Below, piece by piece: positions 59,501 to 64,000 of a DNA stretch of 64,000 bases. The notes below the pieces were generated by a model. That model was not told the origin of the DNA. It did not search any database and saw nothing but the letters and a program-made list of their open reading frames with translations. Every line of letters starts with the position of its first letter. Position 1 is the stretch's first letter. Both the position numbers and the translations under genes were made by a program. The stretch comes from Paraspadella gotoi (Eukaryota > Animalia > Chaetognatha), in the NCBI GenBank assembly GCA_051294375.1, contig CM119266.1, forward strand, positions 19,231,657 through 19,295,656, in the 5' to 3' direction.

Positions 59501-60513
59501 AAGATGACAACGCCTTAAGAACCTCAAACTCAAAGAGAACGAAGCATAAGATTAAGAATGATGGCAGCGATAACGACAGCGAAGACTCTTATAGCAGTGA
59601 TCACAACGACGCGCTGGCGGCTCTGCAGAAAGAGGTGCGCCAGCTCAAGAAGCAGCTTCAGCTGCAGAAAGCGGCAATGACGCCCCGATTCACGCACAAC
59701 CTTGAAGAGGCGCAAGAACAAGGAGCCAGAAATTGGAATGCTGAAGAAATTGGACAAGAGTCTGAATACAACCTGCCATTCGATCGTCATAGTAAAACTC
59801 TCGATCGCCGACGCGGTAGAAAATGGAAATCTTCCGGCCATCTGTCGAGGTCGACGGAAAACGTCTCATTCGCCGCTTTAGACTTTGAAACGCCCGAAAC
59901 GCGTTTTGGCCAACATATTAATTATAACCAATCCGTTACTGACCTTCATTCACCTCATTTGGTGGCCAGTCCACCGCCGGTGCTGTCAACGTCGACGCAA
60001 CAACGCGCCACTCGACCGAAGAGCCTCAACCTACATTCGTCGCACCATTTGGCAAGAGAACACCGTTTTCTTTCACAGTTCCAATGTGATACGGGAATCG
60101 AGGGCCGGCATTCAGACATTTTCGATTCCGACACGGATGAAGATGTGAGGATGAACGACACACGATTCAACGAACACAACCATATGGCGACTTTTAAGGA
60201 AGGGGGTAAACATCCTCCCCAGCACCTGGCGAACCCAGTATATAACCATTCAGTTTACAATCCTCTTTTCCAACCGTCTACCTTTTCGCCGGATGTGTAC
60301 CCGAACCCACATTACACTCAAGAACGGTTGCAATTTACCCAAAAAGTTTCATGGATGGACCCTCGGCAGCTTTATCATTCTAACCGAACACAATCAAGCT
60401 TTCGGTCACCAACGTCGCAAGAAACCACGTTTCACCAAGAACACGGAGCGCAGTTGGCCGAATCCAAGATTTTTAACTGGGCCCCGAACCAGAGGCGCGA
60501 GTCAAAGTCGTGA
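56563..60513 (+). CDS. AKNA: AKNA-family (centrosomal microtubule organisation) protein, one very large exon
   Basis: 1316-codon ORF. LVETLHAEYTALLVEHARAKNLIDQLKIGTRVNL (~58360-58461) resembles my recollection of vertebrate AKNA LVHQLQEDYHRLLTKYAEAENTIDQLRLGAKVNL. It is followed in the AKNA order by a coiled coil (QINEVEEKIDTL...), ELRHRLTRIEAKLED, DRDSGFVGSE (~59335-59364) and DALAALQKEVRQLKKQL. The ORF opens at TTG, so the true start is upstream (possibly ATG 55918 across frameshifted sequence). Confidence 0.8.
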   Translation: MTYEVSTNLRTAVVTEKVTCSDIFIDEPTSEDFSKKMNGNETQPHDLLSTVDDGVVEKNEEKNDDDDNNNNNEPANEGTVSFKTRSPKGFPDVKAIIKSFSRAGKSSQSERNYFQFPSLKSPQSKPNKAITTDLNSNEQTEMKFEDTKVANLEKLRNGVTNESSRALRLSKDVPAENPDREISTIQVSSPESGDMVTLGHPISGNQFVSLLCVPINSDDQRRVSKPGMALRKPKSAEANQRRQNVEVFDSHSDESFENLLATSSLMNSVADSREGEDVSATEAKNYEAINSGVPIEDRTSIQAPSRRYSQLVFVSDSSSSSDKSLEWCSNYEVGVKQMTDQGGASTTTRRNSVISTGNSENVVGRSSNGKMTSPSSTELTEIMKKEIKTELDPYLDEIRAKIWLTASSFAGKDSAEEATPIQEALKMMHLDNENPASERSVRRDFTTGIEPTYKAKEIKRDAARIAPVLHLNSAMQSLDDVAFPTSEIEDDSDAESKKSNTKDKGTFPAGNSNSPGSRKSGSIDVYLKPQNGSTNSSPLSYRGINHASINSSPLSPRRINHASTNSFPYDKSSTNSSPFSQIPNIPLPLFLQSGEDENRLVETLHAEYTALLVEHARAKNLIDQLKIGTRVNLTTVEENDAEDSCSVMPDGKKQNERRSDENVFRSYEDHIEDGDVTDEVRKPFATPKDVAVSEWLETLPHPDSSFSKNENLSSQINEVEEKIDTLMILLQTQNVSHEERDKIHAMIRSDLKELSKRFQDSLFNSTLDETNQRTKAELRHRLTRIEAKLEDTYQFVVGQQGPATLNACSKGNETNFDRGNHLNYEFGIESENRIPDPPLNIVKSDSSTPVKCASCHRDQEFFGSYYRTKTSPVVDESLFYAPSPLKNWTPSPRSTNERRGQESPSLRLRERSGLSPKEESEKEKDRDSGFVGSENRFSSQDWTHSLPRRRRYEKSERGKYRRNTIADSVLSVEPRPLLDEDDNALRTSNSKRTKHKIKNDGSDNDSEDSYSSDHNDALAALQKEVRQLKKQLQLQKAAMTPRFTHNLEEAQEQGARNWNAEEIGQESEYNLPFDRHSKTLDRRRGRKWKSSGHLSRSTENVSFAALDFETPETRFGQHINYNQSVTDLHSPHLVASPPPVLSTSTQQRATRPKSLNLHSSHHLAREHRFLSQFQCDTGIEGRHSDIFDSDTDEDVRMNDTRFNEHNHMATFKEGGKHPPQHLANPVYNHSVYNPLFQPSTFSPDVYPNPHYTQERLQFTQKVSWMDPRQLYHSNRTQSSFRSPTSQETTFHQEHGAQLAESKIFNWAPNQRRESKS

Positions 60514-62474
60514 ATATTTGTGCGAAGGATTTTCTCCATCACGCCCGCGGAAACGGACGTTCAATACTTCAAAGCCCTTTTACATTTACGATTACAATTT
60601 ACATGCATGTATCATCGTTGCAGATTTATGTATTACATTTACAATTTAGTTTTTGCTAAATACCGCTGACATAATGTTTGTAGTTTTAATAAAAGTCCTT
60701 TTATTCTTATCATCATTATTTAATTTATTGATTCATCTAAATGAAAAAACCGCATTTCTATCACCTGTTAAGTTAAATCTGTCAACAGATGTCATTGAAG
60801 CGGAGTGTTCAGATAAAACTAAAAAAAAATATAACCATGTATTGTTTTATTGAATACAGTCAATAATTATTCAAATAGCACAATACACAATATGAACAAC
60901 AAATTACAAATAATCGAAATAAAAACAAGACAACTGGATGAAAATAAAATAAATGATTATAGCACGATTACAACTCGAAAACTAGAGACATCATACAATA
61001 ACTAAAAACAACAAATCTCAAATAATATTATGGCAACAAGTACAATAAAGCGGTATTTTTCAAAAGGTGCGCACATATGCATCTGGTAATATTCTATTAA
61101 ATCGTATCGATTGAATCAATTGTTTAAAGTTGTAAAAAAGTTACTGGTGAGAACTTAATTTAAACATGCTACATATAATAATAGAGAAATAAAATAGATG
61201 AAGCGAATCTGCGAACTGCGATTGATGATAATTTGATTAACGGTTGGGTGTCTGAGGGCGAAGGTGGGACGTATAAAATTCGTCAAAAGAATACAATGAA
61301 AAGTTACAAGAAATGTTAGGATTGAGAGGCTTAGGAAAATTCTCAGAACGAACGACTTCAATATTTATATTTAAAAAAAAAACAAAAAAAAAACAAATAA
61401 TACAACAATAATCGATATCAAAGTCTTCATGAAAAGGAAATAAAATCTGTCCATGATATACATTTTATTATTGAGTATAACAATGTATGAACAAATATTA
61501 CACTTTGTAACAATACGTTTTTTTTTAATTTAAGAGGATGATCATGATCATCAATGTACGAATTTCGCATATCAAAGCACACGTGAAAAGTTAATCAAGA
61601 ATTTAAAGGAGCACAAAGAAGGGGGACGAAGGAATCTCTCTGCATCACTGTTTTCTATCAATTTCCTTTTGCTTCGGTCTCTTTTTAAGACCATCAATTA
61701 ATGCTTCTGATTGTCATCTGAGGGCGTTACGGACGACGGCATTGACTTCAAGACTGGAAAAAAGGGTAAAAATATTTATATTATAATAATATCAAAAGTG
61801 AAACAAAAGTAACGACTTGAAATAAATAAATCTAAAAATAAAGTAGTTTGATACAAATGTATGGAAAACCTTAATTCTATTTTTCTCAAAATTGATATAG
61901 GTAAATGAAGAATGATTGTGCAGTTAAGGATAGCAAAAATATTAAAATCAAATTGAATAGTAGATCACGAGCAGGCTTGTACCTGTAAACTTTTTTTTTT
62001 TGAACTTTTTATGAGGAATTCGAATCTGCTTTCAAAACTAAGAATACATTATTTTAAAATTTTAACATTTTCTATGGTAAGTACTATGTATAAATATGGG
62101 GTTATGCGAATATTGAGAAATTTTAAAAGAAATTTTTTTATATATCAATGTTCTTTAGTTCAAGACTGTTCATGATTAACTATTCGAATTTTGATCTGCA
62201 ACTTTCACTGCGCCTTATTGTACAGTGTGAACGAGCAGGATCTATTGTTTTATTATTTAGGATAATTTTTAAGTGTTGAAATAAGGCAATTCAAAAAGTA
62301 TATATTAAAAAAATATATATTCAAAGAATCTTATTCTCAAAAGTTAAGGTTTTCTTACACTTATCCAAATAAGGTTTTCTTTTATGATTTTATAAATACA
62401 CAGTATTCATACAATATTGCTGTCAAATTACCAAAAGAAAGGCGCCGGACTAAAGTTTTGGGGACGACGTGACG

Positions 62475-64000
62475 CTATCTTCGTCGGCTGGAACCAAAAT
62501 AAAATACATTATTTTAACAGAAATACTTGGCGAGCGGCAGCGTAATAGGCACTAAATACGATTCGAATATAAGTCAAAACCCTGTATTCTTTCATATGAT
62601 GAAAATTCTTATTAAACTAAAAATATTTTTACAATAAGCGTTAATAAATTTATACGAATTGTATTCGTTTTTAGGTTATAAAGCTTTCTTTCTTCTCAAT
62701 CTTAGATGATCATCTAATAATAGCAAGTTATTAATGATATATTTTATATATTAGGCTTTCAACAACCCATCCAAGAAGCTAAATAAGCACATTATACAAC
62801 AAAGATTTAACATTTCAAGTCTCACTTTGCTTTTCTCGTGGCGACGGCGGCATCGTTAAGAGCGGCGGTATTTTTTTCCACCTTTTTTCCAGCGGAGGAA
62901 ATGAAGGCGGCGACTTCGGGTTCATCGTCCTCGATTCCGTTCGTCGTCGTCGTCGTCGTCGCGGCGGGAAAATTCAGTTGTGATCCTTCGTTATTGGCGT
63001 GCGTCGTCGAATGGCGGGAGAGCGCCGCTGCGCTGCCGAGTAAGCGACCGCAGACGCCGCACTCAAATCTGAGAAAAGTAATGATTATGAATTACACCGT
63101 GAACGACACCATTAAGAAGAAAGGATTCTGGTAATTAAATAGTTTGTAGTAGCGCGTAGAATCTTTACTTTTTGGGTCCTGCGGTTTTGACGGGAGCGGC
63201 GGAGGCGGCGATCGAAGGCAACGTCTTCTCCGTGGCATCGAGACCGACAGTCGGTTTGGAGTTGAGGACGGGGGCACTCACCGCCGCCGTCCCCACGATT
63301 GTCGTTAGTTGACATTTCACGCTGAACACAAATCGTTTTATTATTAATACAATTTAAGAGCGAAATTCTCATGCTAGTTTGACCCACATGTGTTTAGCGA
63401 GGAGGTTGGCGCTCTTAAATTGCCTCTCGCATCGGGGACACGCGGCCTCGTTCGTCCAGGTTTTCACAGCATCACGTGGTGTCATATCCTTGGCGCCCTC
63501 ATCAACATTCTCCCCAGTCTTTTCCACCATAATTTCTCCCGGCTCAGGTTCGTCGAAGATACTGGATGCCTGAATGTTTAAGAGTTGTATCAAATAGATT
63601 AACAGTGACTTGACAATTTGAAAATTATTCCGTTTTAGTAAAAATATAAAAGTTGATGTGTTCTAGTTAGTACTATAGTGCAATAAAATCTGATCAAGGC
63701 GTCGAGAGAAGAAACGGGTGTTGCTTTAATTAGTTCTTAGTATAGTCTACAGATCGTCTACATATTTGACCTCTTAAAAAATTGTAAAAATAAAAATTTA
63801 GCCTTTTTTGAATATCAAAATTGACCTCGATAGTTCATTTATATATATATATTTTATTCTATATATGTAAAATTTCAAAAAGTTCGATCGGTTTGGCAGG
63901 AACCTCATTTTATAATATAATACGTTCTCAGCCTAAGACTCAGTCGAAATGACGCGCTAATTACCATGACGTTGTTCTGCCTTATGGCGTTGAGTTTGGC
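62475..64000 (-). CDS. 3' part of a zinc-finger protein gene (one C2HC-like and one C2H2 finger), 5' end beyond the window
   Basis: Phase-compatible exons 64000-63965 (AKLNAIRQNNVM), 63569-63388, 63321-63169, 63068-62826, 62487-62475 (NRRR*). The splice gives CPRCERQFKSANLLAKHIVKC and KFECGVCGRLLGSAAALSRHSTTH. Confidence 0.75.

Overview
AT-rich, intron-rich animal (invertebrate bilaterian-like) genomic scaffold, not prokaryotic, so the ORF track is mostly exon fragments and noise. It holds a complete multi-exon laminin beta-chain gene on + (LN domain from 19048, stop at 38892). That gene appears to carry an unusual ~560-aa low-complexity N-terminal extension, encoded by four symmetric phase-1 exons (12358-16752) between a candidate signal-peptide exon (11802-11892) and the LN domain. 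A complete Cdc42 gene (191 aa, - strand) is nested in one laminin intron. Further right are an AKNA-like gene in one ~4-kb ORF (+) and the 3' part of a zinc-finger gene (-). A damaged, possibly thioredoxin-like gene lies downstream of laminin. About a third of the window is redundant, indel-rich sequence: 1-10159 repeats ~12598-22476, and ~44237-54290 is an inverted copy of ~33490-44144. Both abut 25-N gaps and are most likely long-read gap-filling artefacts. Smaller features are a CCA-ended tRNA-Leu 3' fragment flanked by a direct repeat, two SINE-like families and elements with telomere-like repeats. All exon boundaries and translations were done by hand and no searches were run.
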